Assembly (NCBI RefSeq): GCF_963921235.1
Contig: NC_086108.1
Location: 21,452,001 to 21,516,000, forward strand
Direction: 5' to 3'
DNA from: Mobula hypostoma
Taxonomy: Eukaryota
Length of the DNA stretch: 64,000 bases
The stretch's first letter is position 1. The number at the start of each line of letters is the position of its first letter. The position numbers and the translations under genes are program-made. The notes below the pieces were generated by a model. The model did not search any database. It saw nothing but the letters and a program-made list of their open reading frames with translations, and had not been told where the DNA came from. This document shows positions 1 to 11,434 of this stretch, one piece after another.

Positions 1-391
1 CACAAAGCCCTATCTTCACATTGAGGATACTCCTAATCATAGTGTGTGATATTAAAAAAGTGCTGAATGTCAGAACAGATCTGACAGCTCAAAACTGGAT
101 AACCAAGAGAACCATGAATCATTACAAGCATCAGGATGTACAAGACAGCCAGTTCTTGGTAAATAATAACATTTATTCTACCATTACCTTCTTACTGCAT
201 TTGTCTTGTTGAATGGCATTCCAGGAGCAATATCAGGATTAGTGTAGAAGTGTGCTTGATGGTCAGCACAGATTTTATTGTCCAATACACCCCATTATTG
301 ATTGTACAACTCTATCACTCCAAATGTTAATAGTACAGATGTAATTTCACAAATATATAACTGAAGTATAACCTTCATAACTGAGCATTCA

Positions 392-545
392 CACCAAAGT
401 TGCTGGTGAACGCAGCAGGCCAGGCAACATGCTGCCTGGCGACTGTACCTCTTCCTAGAGATGCTGCCTGGCCTGCTGCGTTCACCAGCAACTTTGATGT
501 GTGTTGCTTGAATTTCCAGCATCTGCAGAGTTCCTGTTGTTTGCG
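392..545. mobile_element. Fold-back mini Penelope-like element (two inverted PLE 3' ends)
   Basis: Left arm caccaaagttgctggtgaacgcagcaggccaggca is near-exactly the reverse complement of the right arm tgcctggcctgctgcgttcaccagcaactttgatgtg. Perfect 14-bp TSD taactgagcattca at 378-391 and 546-559. The same terminus follows the GIY-YIG ORFs elsewhere in the window. Confidence 0.85.
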
Positions 546-768
546 TAACTGAGCATTCAATTGTGTTTGCAATATATCAGAACACTGGTTAGCTTTCCTT
601 GCCTAATCTACACGATACCCATTTGTGAATCATGAACTGTATCAACATTTAGATCAGGGTTTCCTAACCTGGGGTCCATGGACCCCTCGATTAATGGTAA
701 GGGTCCGTGGCGTAAAGGTTGGGATCTCCCCCTGGGGGCGGTGGGACTTCCTAAGGAGCGCTCAGTAG

Positions 769-1571
769 CAATGTTCCCTCTAATTTGTAATGTCCAGAGC
801 GTGTTATTTTGTGCTATGCAATTTATCGCCCAGTGACAACATGTGCACATTGAATTTTATATATAGAGGCATTCATTTCAACAGCTAGCAAAGCACTGTC
901 AATAAGAACTCTGATCTCCTTTAGGTTTGATCATTTTCACTCTTGTTCATCTGCGCTCTCACAAAACAGAAGTAGCAGGCCTGTAGTGGGTAATGGAAGG
1001 CTTTCTCTCCGGAGCTTTTGCACACCATGCGTATGTAATTTACTTGCTAAATGACACTTTAAAAGTCAAGTTTCCAAATATTACTCCACTTCGTCCCACT
1101 TGTAAACTTTCTAGCAACTTTTCTATTACAATAATACACGTAGATAACATCAGTTTCTGTATTGTACATAAATATTTCTCATAGCTGCACGTTCCAGACC
1201 TCATGAGCTTTCGGTGTAGCAGTTTCTACTGTTTCATTAAGCCATTCTGTTTTAAATGAACTAGCAATTCTTCTGCACTTCGCGCCCTTTGCTTCTTTAG
1301 AATTCAACATAATGAATCAATAATTTCTTCAATAAATACAATATAAATAAGCCAGTTCTAAAATCTGTAGACAAATCATCGCAAACTCCATGTTGTCAAC
1401 ACTGCCCACATCAGAAATGGGAAAAGGAAATGTGATTGTGTATGATCATGAAATACACTTAACATGCCAATGAGGTAGAAGGTGACAACCTTTTGTGCAC
1501 TTTAAATTGTTTTGTGAACTAGTAGCAAAAGATGTGTGTGCGCACACACGCACACCTTAGAGGGAACATTG
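769..1571. mobile_element. Non-autonomous hAT element (MITE-like)
   Basis: Perfect 15-bp TIRs caatgttccctctaa / ttagagggaacattg. 8-bp TSD ctcagtag (761-768) / ctcaatag (1572-1579) with 1 mismatch; 8-bp TSDs are typical of hAT. Confidence 0.85.
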
Positions 1572-1872
1572 CTCAATAGCAAGGTGGTGGGAGCTGTGGG
1601 ATTACAAGCTTAATTTAAGAAAAGAATTAATTATTATAACCATTTGATCCTCAGTGCCTCATAATTGATTACAATGATCATGTAATCACCTCATCTCTTG
1701 CTAACCTGTGCTCTCTCAGATTTTGGCATATCCTGAGAAAGCTGGACAGAAGAAATTGTGTTATTTCTGAAGCTGACCTATGCATCATTACTGTTCAGTA
1801 CTACAGTTAGTATTAGCTAGTATGATTCCCATACTCTGTTCCTGCGAATTAGGATATGGCGCTCAAAGGGGT

Positions 1873-2808
1873 TGTGACGAAAGAGGGTTACAAAAAGTAC
1901 ACATAGACTAAGATGTTAACTGTCCTGTGCTGGCACCAGTGGGATCAGCAGTTGATCTGCCACCTGTCTTCAGGAGAAAGAGAGATAAGGAAGACAATGG
2001 AGCAGCATTTGGAAATGTTAATGAAGAGACGAGAGAGTTTAACGGAAGGAGACACCGGTCTGAGAACTGTCAAGATCGGCTCCTTTTTGAACCCTGAACT
2101 GTTTGAAGTGTGATGGACAGGCGATACCCCAGCAGGGGGATAAAAAGGGACAGGTTCGCTAAGGCAGGACACACACGACACCACGAGGTAACAAGACCCT
2201 GGAAGCGGTGCGCCTCCCACAAGTCGGTGGGAGCTTTTGGAGGGCTGAACACGGGACCAAGCCATAGACGCACAGGGTGGAAAGGTACAATCGGCGGGAA
2301 CCTGGTATGTGTCCGCCCTTGCCTGGGTGCCAGGTTCACTGCAGAGGAATGATCGTATCTGAAACGGAGGGATCACAGTTGGTGACCTCAGAAGACATTA
2401 CAAAGGGCTCGCCCAAAAGCTGACTGTGAGGAATATCGAAGGTCTGTGTGGAAGCCGTTTTGAATATTCATTCCCTTTCGCACTCTCTCTCCTTCCCCCC
2501 CCCCCCCCCCGTCCACCGGCACGGCAGTGATTACTGTGAACTGAACTGAACTCAATTGAACTGAACTTTGCGTCACTTTAAAACTGGTCATTTACCCCTA
2601 GACGACGATAGAGCTTGATTGATCCTATTATCCTAGTTCTGTGTACATGTGTGTTTATCATTGCTGAACTGTTGTATTGATTATCCTTTTGATTAGAGTA
2701 CTGTGTTGCTTATTTCTTTAATAAAACTTTCTTAGTTCCAGTAATCCAGACTCCAACTGAGTGATCCATTTCTGCTGGTTTGGCAACCCAGTTACGGGGT
2801 ACGTAACA
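1873..2808 (+). repeat. 5' LTR (about 936 bp)
   Basis: TG...CA termini with short inverted ends (tgtgacg/cgtaaca), aataaa near 2720, and a (gaact)n run at about 2538-2566. Confidence 0.85.
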
Positions 2809-2812
2809 TAAG

Positions 2813-2831
2813 TGGGATTCTCGTCCGCGAT
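2813..2831 (+). promoter_or_regulatory. Primer-binding site, tRNA-Pro-like (degenerate)
   Basis: tgggattctcgtccgcgat lies 4 nt after the LTR and resembles the tRNA-Pro PBS TGGGGGCTCGTCCGGGAT. Confidence 0.6.
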
Positions 2832-2903
2832 TTTGAACGCTAAATTTGGGACGGAGTAAATTGATTGGGTTAAAATTCCTGAAAGAAAAGGCAAACAGCA
2901 GAA

Positions 2904-3120
2904 ATAGAGATTGAGGAATTTCTAAAGGCGCCGACCTTGGAGGCATTAGAGGATGCCAGGAAAGCGGAATTGACAGCTGTGGCCAAACAGTTGAATCTTG
3001 TTAAGGGGAAGTTGACAATGAGGAGAGAGGAGATACACAGAGCTATCGTAGAGCACTATGTATCTAAAGGTGTGTTTCCCCAAGGTGAGCTGGGGGTGGT
3101 GTCTATTGAAAAACCTGCTG
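2904..3120 (+). pseudogene. Truncated N-terminus of Gypsy-type gag
   Basis: Frame EIEEFLKAPTLEALEDARKAELTAVAKQLNL...RREEIHRAIVEHYV just after the PBS. The start codon appears mutated to ATA, and the frame is cut off by the CR1 fragment. Confidence 0.55.
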
Positions 3121-3900
3121 AAAAACCCAGTCCAGAATAGCCTGCCCTCTAGTTGGTTCCTCGACATGTTGGTTCAAAAAACCATCCCGCATACATTCCA
3201 AGAAATCCTCTTCCACAGCACCTTTACCAATTTGGTTCACCCAGTCTACATGTAGATTGAATTCACCCATTATAACTGCTGTTCCTTTATTGCACACATT
3301 TCTAATTTCCTGTTTAATACCATCTCCGACCTCACTACTACTGTTAGGTGGCCTGTACACAATTCCCACCAGCGTCTTCTGCCCCTTAGTGTTACGCAGC
3401 TCTACCCATATCGATTCCACATCTTCCCGGCTTATGTCCTTCCTTTCTATTGCGTTAATCTCTTCTTTAACCAGCAACGCCACCCCACCTCCCCTTCCTT
3501 CATGTCTATCCCTCCTGAATATTGAATATCCCTGAACGTTGAGCTCCCATCCCTGGTCACCCTGGAGCCATGTCTCTGTGATCCCAACTATATCATAATC
3601 ATTAATAACAATCTGCACTTTCAATTCATCCACCTTATTATGAATGCTCCTTGCATTGACACATAAAGCCTTCAGGCGCTCTTTTACAACTCTCTTAGCC
3701 CTTGTACAATTATGTTGAAAAGTGGCCCTTTTTAATGCTTGCCCTGGATTTGTCGGCCTGCCACTTTTACTTTTCTCCTTTGTACTTTTTGCTTCTACGC
3801 TCACTTTACACCCCTCTGTCTCTCTGCACTGGTTCCCATCCCTCTGTTGTGAACTAACCTCCTCACGCCTAGCCTCTTTAATTTGATTCCCACCCCCCAA
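3121..3900 (-). pseudogene. CR1 LINE ORF2 N-terminus (APE endonuclease), truncated
   Basis: ORF 3103-3900(-) with APE motifs LCVNARSI, DIVGITETWL, GGGVALLV, GIVYRPPN, IMGEFN, EPTRGQAILDWV. Confidence 0.9.
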
Positions 3901-3905
3901 CCATT

Positions 3906-4620
3906 CTAGTTTAAAGTCACCTCAGTAGCCCCCGCTAATCTCCCTGCCAGGATATTGGTCCCCCTAGGATTCAAGTGTAACCCGTCCTTTTTGTACAGGT
4001 CACGCCTGCGCCAAAAGAGGTCCCAATGATCCAAAAACTTGAATCCCTGCCCCCTGCTCCAATCCCTCAGCCACGCATTTATCCTCCACCTCATCGCATT
4101 CCTACTCTCACTGTCGCGTGGCACAGGCAGTAATCCCGAGATTACTACCTTTGCGGTCCTTTTTCTCAACTCCCTTCCTAGCTCCCTATATTCTCCTTTC
4201 AGGACCTCATCCCTTTTCCTACCTATGTCATTGGTACCTATATGTACCACGACCTCTGGCTCCTCACCCTCCCACTTCAGGATATCTTGGACATGATCAG
4301 AAATATCCCGGACCCTGGCACCAGGGAGGCAAACTACCATCCGGGTCTCTGGACTGCGTCCACAGAATCGCCTATCTGACCCCCTTACTATCGAGTCCCC
4401 TATCACAACTGCCCTCCTCTTCCTTGCCCTACCCTTCTGAGCTACAGGGCCAGACTCTGTGCCGGAGGCACGGCCACTGTCGCTTCCCCCGGGTAAGCTG
4501 TCCCCCCCAACAGTACTCAAACAGGAGTACCTGTTGTTAAGGGGCACAGCCACCGGGGTACTTCCCATCACCTGACTTTTCCCCTTCCCCCTCCTAACCG
4601 TGACCCACTTGTCTGCCTCC
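3906..4620 (-). pseudogene. CR1 LINE ORF1 C-terminal part (SGNH/GDSL esterase-like domain)
   Basis: ORF 3906-4571(-) with VIGDSIVRG, CLPGARVRD, VHIGTND, DGLHLN. Homologous to ORF1 at 48440-49366. Confidence 0.9.
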
Positions 4621-4800
4621 CATGTGTGTTTATCATTGCTGAACTGTTGTATTTATTATCCTTTTGATTAGAGTACTGTGTTGCTTATTTTCTTTCACCT
4701 CAGTAGCTTTCTTAGTTTCTTTCTTAGTTCCAGTAATCCAGACTCCAACTGAGTGATCCATTTCTGCTCGTTTGGCAACCCAGTTACGGGGTACGTAATA
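4621..4800 (+). repeat. 3' LTR remnant
   Basis: Direct repeat of 2646-2808 ending cgtaata, followed by TSD gggt. Confidence 0.9.
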
Positions 4801-5680
4801 GGGTAGAGTTCAGAATCTGCCCTTTTGAATGGTCTTAACTGCATTTCTCATGGCCCAATTGAGATATTGTTACCCAACTTTTCAGGCAGTGAGTCAGGTT
4901 TTGCCTGAGCTATTATGATATTATTACTTTCCCCTTTATGATGCAGCACTTGATGTTGGACTTCAATAACAAGCAATTGACTATGGTCATTAATCCATAA
5001 GAAAAATGGCAGAAGCAGATAAAGTTTTCACCTTGTGAAAACTTCCCGAAATGGAAAAACCTCAAAACACATTTGCTTGCACTTCACAACAAAATAGCAC
5101 TGATTTGCATGGTTCATACATTTCACTGCATTGCTCACTGCTAAATCTGGAATGCCCCACACAACTGGAGAAGAGCTAATGCTGCCTATAGTAAGAGAGG
5201 TTCTGAGTTTTGCATTAGCCACCTACCTATACTGTTAAAGTGATTCTGCTTGGCGACAACTCTATTCAAAGACGAGTCGATGAAATGTCTCAGCATGCGG
5301 AAGATACTTAGGACAACAGTATTTGCTAGGTAGTTGGACGAGTCAACTTTGCCAGGCAACATATCTTTCTTCTTGGTTGTGTTCTCTTCATAAAGGATAA
5401 AAGCATGATCCATGAGTTGTTAGTTACAAGGATACAAGACACAGATATGAAGGAGTCGTCAATATTTCGGGATGTTGAAAATTTTTTAAAGAGAATACAT
5501 TCCACTTACCAACATTCTTGCTTGTGCAATAGATGGGGCATCATCATAACAGGACGCCACCATAGGATCATTACTTTCTTGAAAAAAGATGAAGCTGACA
5601 TATTTACCATTCATTATGTAGTTCATAGGCAACATCTTGTCGCAAAACACCCAAGTGATCAGCTGCACCAGTCATTTAAT

Positions 5681-6500
5681 CAACATACATCAAAGTTGCT
5701 GGTGAACGCAGCAGGCCAGGCAGCATCTTTAGGAAGAGATACAGTCGACGTTTCAGGCCGAGACCCTTCGTCAGGACTAACTGAAGGAAGGGTTAGTAAG
5801 AGATTTGAAAGTGGGAGGGGGAGGGAGAGGGGGAGATCCAAAATGATAGGAGAAGACAGGAGGGGAAGGATGGAGCCGAGAGCTGGACAGGTGATTGGCA
5901 AAGGGGATATGAGAGGATCATGGGACAGGAGGCCCAGGGACAAAGACAAGGAGGGGGGGAACCCAGAGGACGGGCAAGGGGTATAGTCAGAGGGACAGAG
6001 GGAGAAAAAGGAGAGTGAGAGAAAGAATGTGTGTATAAAAATAAATAACAGATGGGGTACGAGGGGGAGGTGGGGCAATAGCGGAAGTTAGAGAAGTCAA
6101 TATTCATGCCATCAGGTTGGAGGCTACCCAGACGGAATATAAGGTATTGTTCCTCCAACCTGAGTGTGGCTTCATCTTTACAGTAGAGGAGGCCGTGGAT
6201 AGGCATGTCAGAATGGGAATGGGATGTGGAATTAAAATGTGTGGCCACTGGGAGATCCTGCTTTCTCTGGCGGACAGAGCGTAGGTATTCAGCAAAGTGG
6301 TCTCCCAGTCTGCGTCGGGTCTTGCCAATATATAAAAGGCCACATCGGGAGCACCGGACGCAGTATATCACCCCAGTCGACTCACAGGTGAAGTGATGCC
6401 TCACCTGGAAGGACTGTTTGGAGCCCTGAATGGTGGTAAGGGAGGAAGTGCAAGGGCATGTGTAGCACTTGTTCCGCTTACAAGGATAAGTGCCAGCTTA
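5681..6500 (-). mobile_element. 5'-truncated Penelope-like element (GIY-YIG endonuclease plus 3' end)
   Basis: ORF 5793-6404(-) reads FTCESTGVIYCVRCSRCGLLYIGKTRRRL...VATHFN...EQYLIFRLGSLQPDGMN. TSD cagtcatttaat (5669-5680) / caatcatttaat (6501-6512). Confidence 0.9.
5743..5778 (-). ncRNA. Minimal type-I hammerhead ribozyme motif in PLE 3' end
   Basis: Minus strand reads AGUC-CUGACGA-AGG-gucucgg-CCU-GAAA-CG-UC-GACU: stem I AGUC/GACU, conserved CUGANGA and GAAA boxes, stem II AGG/CCU, GUC cleavage triplet. Confidence 0.8.
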
Positions 6501-8586
6501 CAATCATTTAATACTGTTTTCACAAGCAGCAAATAAAATCAAGTTCCATGCTTTCAATTGACTGGTTTGAGAGCTTTGATTTAAGAACAATAAACAGATG
6601 GAATGCTTGCTGTTGCACACAGAAGTCAGATGGCTCTCAAAAGGAAACTGCCTGCGACACTTTAATGCACTCTTTGAAACTGATAAAGTTCTTTGAAGAT
6701 TCAAATGCTTCATTCAGTAATCAACTCAAGAATATTAGGCATGGCATTGCTTATTTGCCAGAATTATTTTCAAGGTTTAATGAAATCAATTGAATTGCAA
6801 GGAAAGAATGTGAATCTTATCAAGGTCAAAACAGTTGTCTCCATATTTCTGTCCAAGATAACCCTATTTAAGTGCAACACTGGCTATCACAACATTTTCC
6901 GATTTCTGAGCCTCTCTTTGCCAAAAGGGAAAGAAAAAGAGCAGATGATGGTCTTCAAGTATGCTGTGTCCACCTGGGTGAGCTGCTTAAAGAATTGTCA
7001 GAGAAATTTCAGGATCTTCTCTTGATCCAAATTCCAGATTGGCCAATAAATCCATTCCATCCTGAACACTTGTAATGAGAAATCAACAGGAAGAATGGAG
7101 AGGAAAGAAACATATCTCACTACAAAATGACTTTGAGCTAGAGGTTCAAAACATCACATTAAGACTTTTGATTGTAGAAAGAAAACTCGGAATGCTATCC
7201 TGGAATGTGGAAAAATGTCAAGATATTCTTCATTACCTTTCCGACATCATATTTAGTGGAACGCAGTTTTAGTGCAGCTGCCCAACTTTTTTCAAAGCAA
7301 TGAAACAGACTACATATTCCTAATATGGGAATCTGAGACTCCTGTGTAACATTCAGCCTGTTTTTGAGAAGCTGCACCAAGCCCATCCACCTCATTGAAA
7401 GGTGAAAAAGCAATCAAGTAGTAAATACTTGGACTACGAATGTATACTCTAAAATTGTTGATGAAAATTGCTTTTACCATAATAAAGGAACAAAATAATT
7501 TTTGTAGCTTTAAATAGATTTGAAATTTTTTTGCAATTACTTGTCACTGCTTTGAATTTGCAGTTCCTATTTTCTTTCACTGTGCATTGCAAATCAAAAT
7601 TCTCTCTAGCTTTTACATAATGAATGGAAAGGAGAGAGGGACGCTGAGGCTGTGGTCTGGGAGCCAAGCATGCAGTAACCCAAAAAAGGTTTGGGAACCA
7701 CTGATTTAGAAATTTCCTAACTAAATGTGCAATTACACAATTTCCCTTATTATTCTCCATTTTCCAGACCTTTACCCATTCACCTATCAATTTCCCTTTG
7801 TAGCCTTATGTCATCTTCACAAATTAAATTCCAGTCTGTCTTTAAATTATTAGCAAGTTTAGCAATCAGTGCCTTTATCCAAATCATTTACATAACTCAT
7901 AAAAAGCTGTAATCCCAACAAAAGAATGCAATTCTGATTCCCATTATTGTCCTTGCCAATGCATTACCATGACTTTTATTTTCCACAATAATTTGTTGCA
8001 GCATCTAATCAAATGCCTTCTGGAAATCTAAGTACAACACATCCACTGGCTTTCCTTTACCCACAGCATGCATTACTTCCTCAAATTATTCCAATTAATT
8101 CATCAAACCTGATTTCCCTGTCACAAAACCCAACTCGGTTCTTCCTGATCATTTCGTATTTGTCTAAATTGCAATACCTTCTCTATTCTGACATTCTTCC
8201 TGCAACAGATATTCAGCTAACTGGTCTGCCACTTCCTCCCTTTTTGAATAAAGGAGCTGCATTCACTATATTCCAGTGGAATGAAACCTCCCTTGAATTT
8301 AGAGAATTTTAGAAAATTGAGGCCAACACATTAACTACCGCACTAAACACTCTGAAGACCCTTGGATGAAGTCCAACTCTGTAGAAACCCTTATTATCCA
8401 TGTTCCTATTTTCAGCTAGCTTTGCCTTGTTCTCTTATTTTTCCTTACTTATCAATTTTTTGTATATTCTTTGACTTGCTCCAGCAATAGGTTCTGGTTT
8501 ACAGTTCCATGAATGGAGTTATGACATACTATTAGCAACATCTTCCTATTCTGTTTTTGCGAGCTTTTCATTCAGTTTGAAAATAA

Positions 8587-8995
8587 GTAAGACCATAAGA
8601 CATAGGAGCAGAATTAGGCCATTTGGCCCATGAAGTCTGCTTCACCATTTCATCATGGCTGATCCAATTTCCCTCCCAGCCCCAATCTCCTGTCTTCTCC
8701 CCATATCTCTTCAAGCTCTGACCAATCAAAAATCTATCAACCTCTGCCTTAAATGTACATAAACACTTAGCCTCCACAACTGCTTGTGGCAAAGAATTCT
8801 ACAGATTTATCACTCTCTGGCTAATGAAATAGCTCCTCAACTCCCTTCTAAAAGGACGTCCCTCTATTCAGAGGCTGTGTCCTTGGTCTTAGACACTCCC
8901 ACCATAGGAAACATCCTCTCCACATTCCACTCTATCAAGGCCTTTCACCATTTGATAGGTTTCAATAAGGTCACCCCTCATTCTTCTGACTTCTG
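8587..8995 (-). mobile_element. CR1 LINE 3' fragment
   Basis: Minus-strand remnant (PQAVVEAK...FKAEVDRFL...GYGEK-like) and a CR1-type 3' UTR/tail homologous to 52200-52437. Confidence 0.75.
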
Positions 8996-10475
8996 AAATA
9001 ATACATTTATTTGGACTTATACATGTACCGATACAATTGGTGGCCCTAAATACTTCAACCAGTTTCCTATGGGGAATATTTGAATAGTCTTGAACAGCTA
9101 CCTCTCTAATGTAGAACTTGCTTACTTTTCTTTATCATGTTGTGAATGAAAATTAAATGTCTTGAGAAGTTCAAGACAGTACATGGTTGAACAAGAAGAA
9201 CCAGTGCATGTATACTTTAATCAAAAGAACTTCAGATGCTGGAAATCTAAAACAAAAGACAGAAAATGTGCAAAGCTTTCAGCCAGTCAGGCATCATCTA
9301 TGGAAAGAGAATGAGATTTTGGGAGGGAATTCCAGAGCATAAGGCATGGCCAGCCATTAATTTTAAACTATTACATGTTAAGAATGATGTAGGGGCAGAA
9401 TTTAAGGGAACAGGTTTGAATTCTTGGAGGATATCAGAGAGAGGGGAAAAGACATGTCGACGGTTTCGAAAACAAGGATGAGAATTTAAAAATCTACATA
9501 CTATCGAAACAAGAACTCGTAGTTCAGAAGCACAGCGGCAGTGTGTAAATGGTGCAAGATGGCATCAGGATACCATTATTTTGGATGACCTTAAGGTTAC
9601 AGACAGTAAAAAAATGTGAAGTCAGCAAGAAGTCTGTGGGAAAACAGAAGAATGGATGAAATCCTCAGCAGCTGATAAGCTGAGCATGGTTGAAGTCTGG
9701 TGACATAATGGAAGCACAAATAATGGTGGTGGTAATATATGGCCCTGGGCACACCTTGGTACAAATATAGACCACATCTCTGAAAAGATTTCTTCCACTT
9801 CAGTGAACATAACCTATCAACAGTTCTAGCATTGACCACCTAGCCCTTCTATCCATCATTAAAATCTTGGCCAATCTTCTACCTCAACAGCACTTTCTTG
9901 CAATGTCTACTATTCGATTATCATCAAGAAATCCACAGATCTTTGAAAGAAATTAATAACTGAAATTCAATATCACTTCAAAGATGAGAAGGCTAAAGGT
10001 TTACCACATCGTGAAGAAAGTTCTCTACATCTCAATATGAATTAGCCTACCCATTATGGGACTATGACCATGGTTCCAGAATTCTCAACTAAGGAGGAAA
10101 AAACCCTGCAACCAGCCTGTTGAGACCGATAAAAATAAAGGATATCAATGGATGTTCCTCCTATTTTTCTTAACAAAAGAGGGTACAGATTCTACTCAAT
10201 TTCTACTTCATACAACAAACTTATGTCTGAGGACATTATTTGAAACTAGTCTTGTCATTGGCTCTTCAATATATAAAGAAATGATAGACTTTGTGTGACA
10301 GCATCTTGTTACAGAACTTCACATGAAACCATTTAGTCCTTCATATCTATACTACTGCTGTGAGAGGTGGTTCATATTTAAATTTGGTAACATGTTTTAA
10401 AAGGCCAAAATATACTCAGTACCAGAGTTGCTGACTGAATACATGTTCAGATGAATTTTGTTGTTTTGTTCTGTA

Positions 10476-11434
10476 TGTAGGGTTCTCAGTAATATTAACT
10501 GTAATGTTAACTGTTAATTGCTAATTATAAAATGGCTCCTCTGAAGTGTAATAATGAAGTGACTTCTTTGCAATGTTAACTATGAGGTAATGTTCTCTGT
10601 AGCTGAAATGTTTGGGTTATAGTTATAGATAATGGAAGAACTAACCAATGGAAGCTATGTTATTCTATCTGTATGTGTGGGAACCTGGGTGAGTGCATGA
10701 GTTTTTCAAGAGGAGAACCGAAGAGGAAGGACGTGCTGGACACTCTCTGGTTGACCACCGTGGGTGGTCCCAGGCGGGGGGTCGAGGAGGTCGGAGGAGA
10801 TTGACTGGTGGACAGAAGACCCCGTTAATTGAGCTCCAACAGTTGTGCACAAAGTGGTTGAACTCTGATAAGTTTGGCGCCTTTTACTTTCCTTTTATAT
10901 TGTATCTCTATTAATTACATAGTTCCAGTTAGATGCATCAAGTGTAATCTGTAAATCGTTCATTGTATGCTGTCTGATATTTGATGTGTGAGTTTGTACC
11001 AGGGTGCACGCGGGCACGTGGCCAAGTGGTTAAGGCATTGGACTAGTGACCTGAAGGTCGTGAGTTCAAGCCCCAGCGAGGCAATGTGTTGTGTCCTTGA
11101 GCAAGGCACTTAATCACACATTGCTCTGCGACGACACTGGTGCCAATCTGTATGGGTCCTTATGCCCTTCCCTTGGACAACATTGGTGTCATGGAGAGGG
11201 AAGACTTGCAGCATGGGCAACAGCTGGTCTTCCATACAACCTTGCCCAAGGCCTTCCCCTGGAGAGTGAAGACTTTCCAGGTGCAGACCAATGGGCTCGC
11301 AAGACTAACGGATGCCCTTACTTTATTTTGTACCAGGGTGCATTACACAGCAACTACGCAAACGTGAGACACGGTTTGGCGGGTGGACGGGGTTTCCCCT
11401 GGATAAACGTGAGCTGATAGCCCTGAGCGTTACA
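10476..11434 (+). mobile_element. Solo LTR (related to 35406-36042) with a SINE inserted
   Basis: Runs tgtaggg...cgttaca and shares blocks atgtttgggttat and gagctccaac..ttgtgcaca with the 35406 LTR. Flanks tgta/tata match at 3/4. The left boundary is approximate. Confidence 0.6.
11009..11326 (+). mobile_element. tRNA-derived CORE-type SINE
   Basis: Pol III box A tggccaagtgg and box B gttcaagcc, CORE-like gtgtccttgagcaaggcacttaa, and a perfect 16-bp TSD tttgtaccagggtgca (10993-11008, 11327-11342). A second copy lies at 52968-53276(-). Confidence 0.85.

Larger units (their letters stand above)
1873..4800 (+). mobile_element. Internally deleted LTR retrotransposon provirus (probably Ty3/Gypsy)
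   Basis: 5' LTR tgtgacg...cgtaaca (1873-2808). 3' LTR remnant 4621-4800 closely matches 2646-2808. 4-bp TSD gggt at 1869-1872 and 4801-4804. A PBS and gag start follow the 5' LTR. Confidence 0.85.
5004..7400 (+). pseudogene. Frameshifted hAT/Charlie (Buster/ZBED8/SCAND3-like) transposase remnant
   Basis: Motifs across frames: AKSGMPHTTGEELMLP, DNSIQRRVDEMS, LDESTLPGN, IHYVVHRQHLVAK, HTEVRWLSKG, IAYLPELFSRFNEIN, IPDWPINPF. Interrupted by a PLE at 5681-6500. Confidence 0.85.
655..7703 (+). mobile_element. Degraded hAT/Charlie-type DNA transposon carrying several nested insertions
   Basis: Right TIR ggtttgggaaccactg ends at 7703. Candidate left TIR cagggtttcctaacct at 655 matches it at about 11/16. 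Flanks are atttagat (647-654) and atttagaa (7704-7711), an 8-bp TSD with 1 mismatch. Transposase remnant at about 5000-7400. The left end is uncertain because 655-733 could be a separate small MITE. Confidence 0.55.

Noticed and set aside
5680..6078. Recurrent peptides HTSKLLVNAAGQAASLGRG / PDEGSRPETST...DAAWPAAFTSNF as a gene family
   Set aside because: They are translations of the non-coding PLE terminus; PDEGSRPETS is the hammerhead motif read as codons.
11012..11080. tRNA gene
   Set aside because: A and B boxes are present, but the sequence continues into a SINE body with a TSD and shows no clean acceptor stem or T-run terminator.
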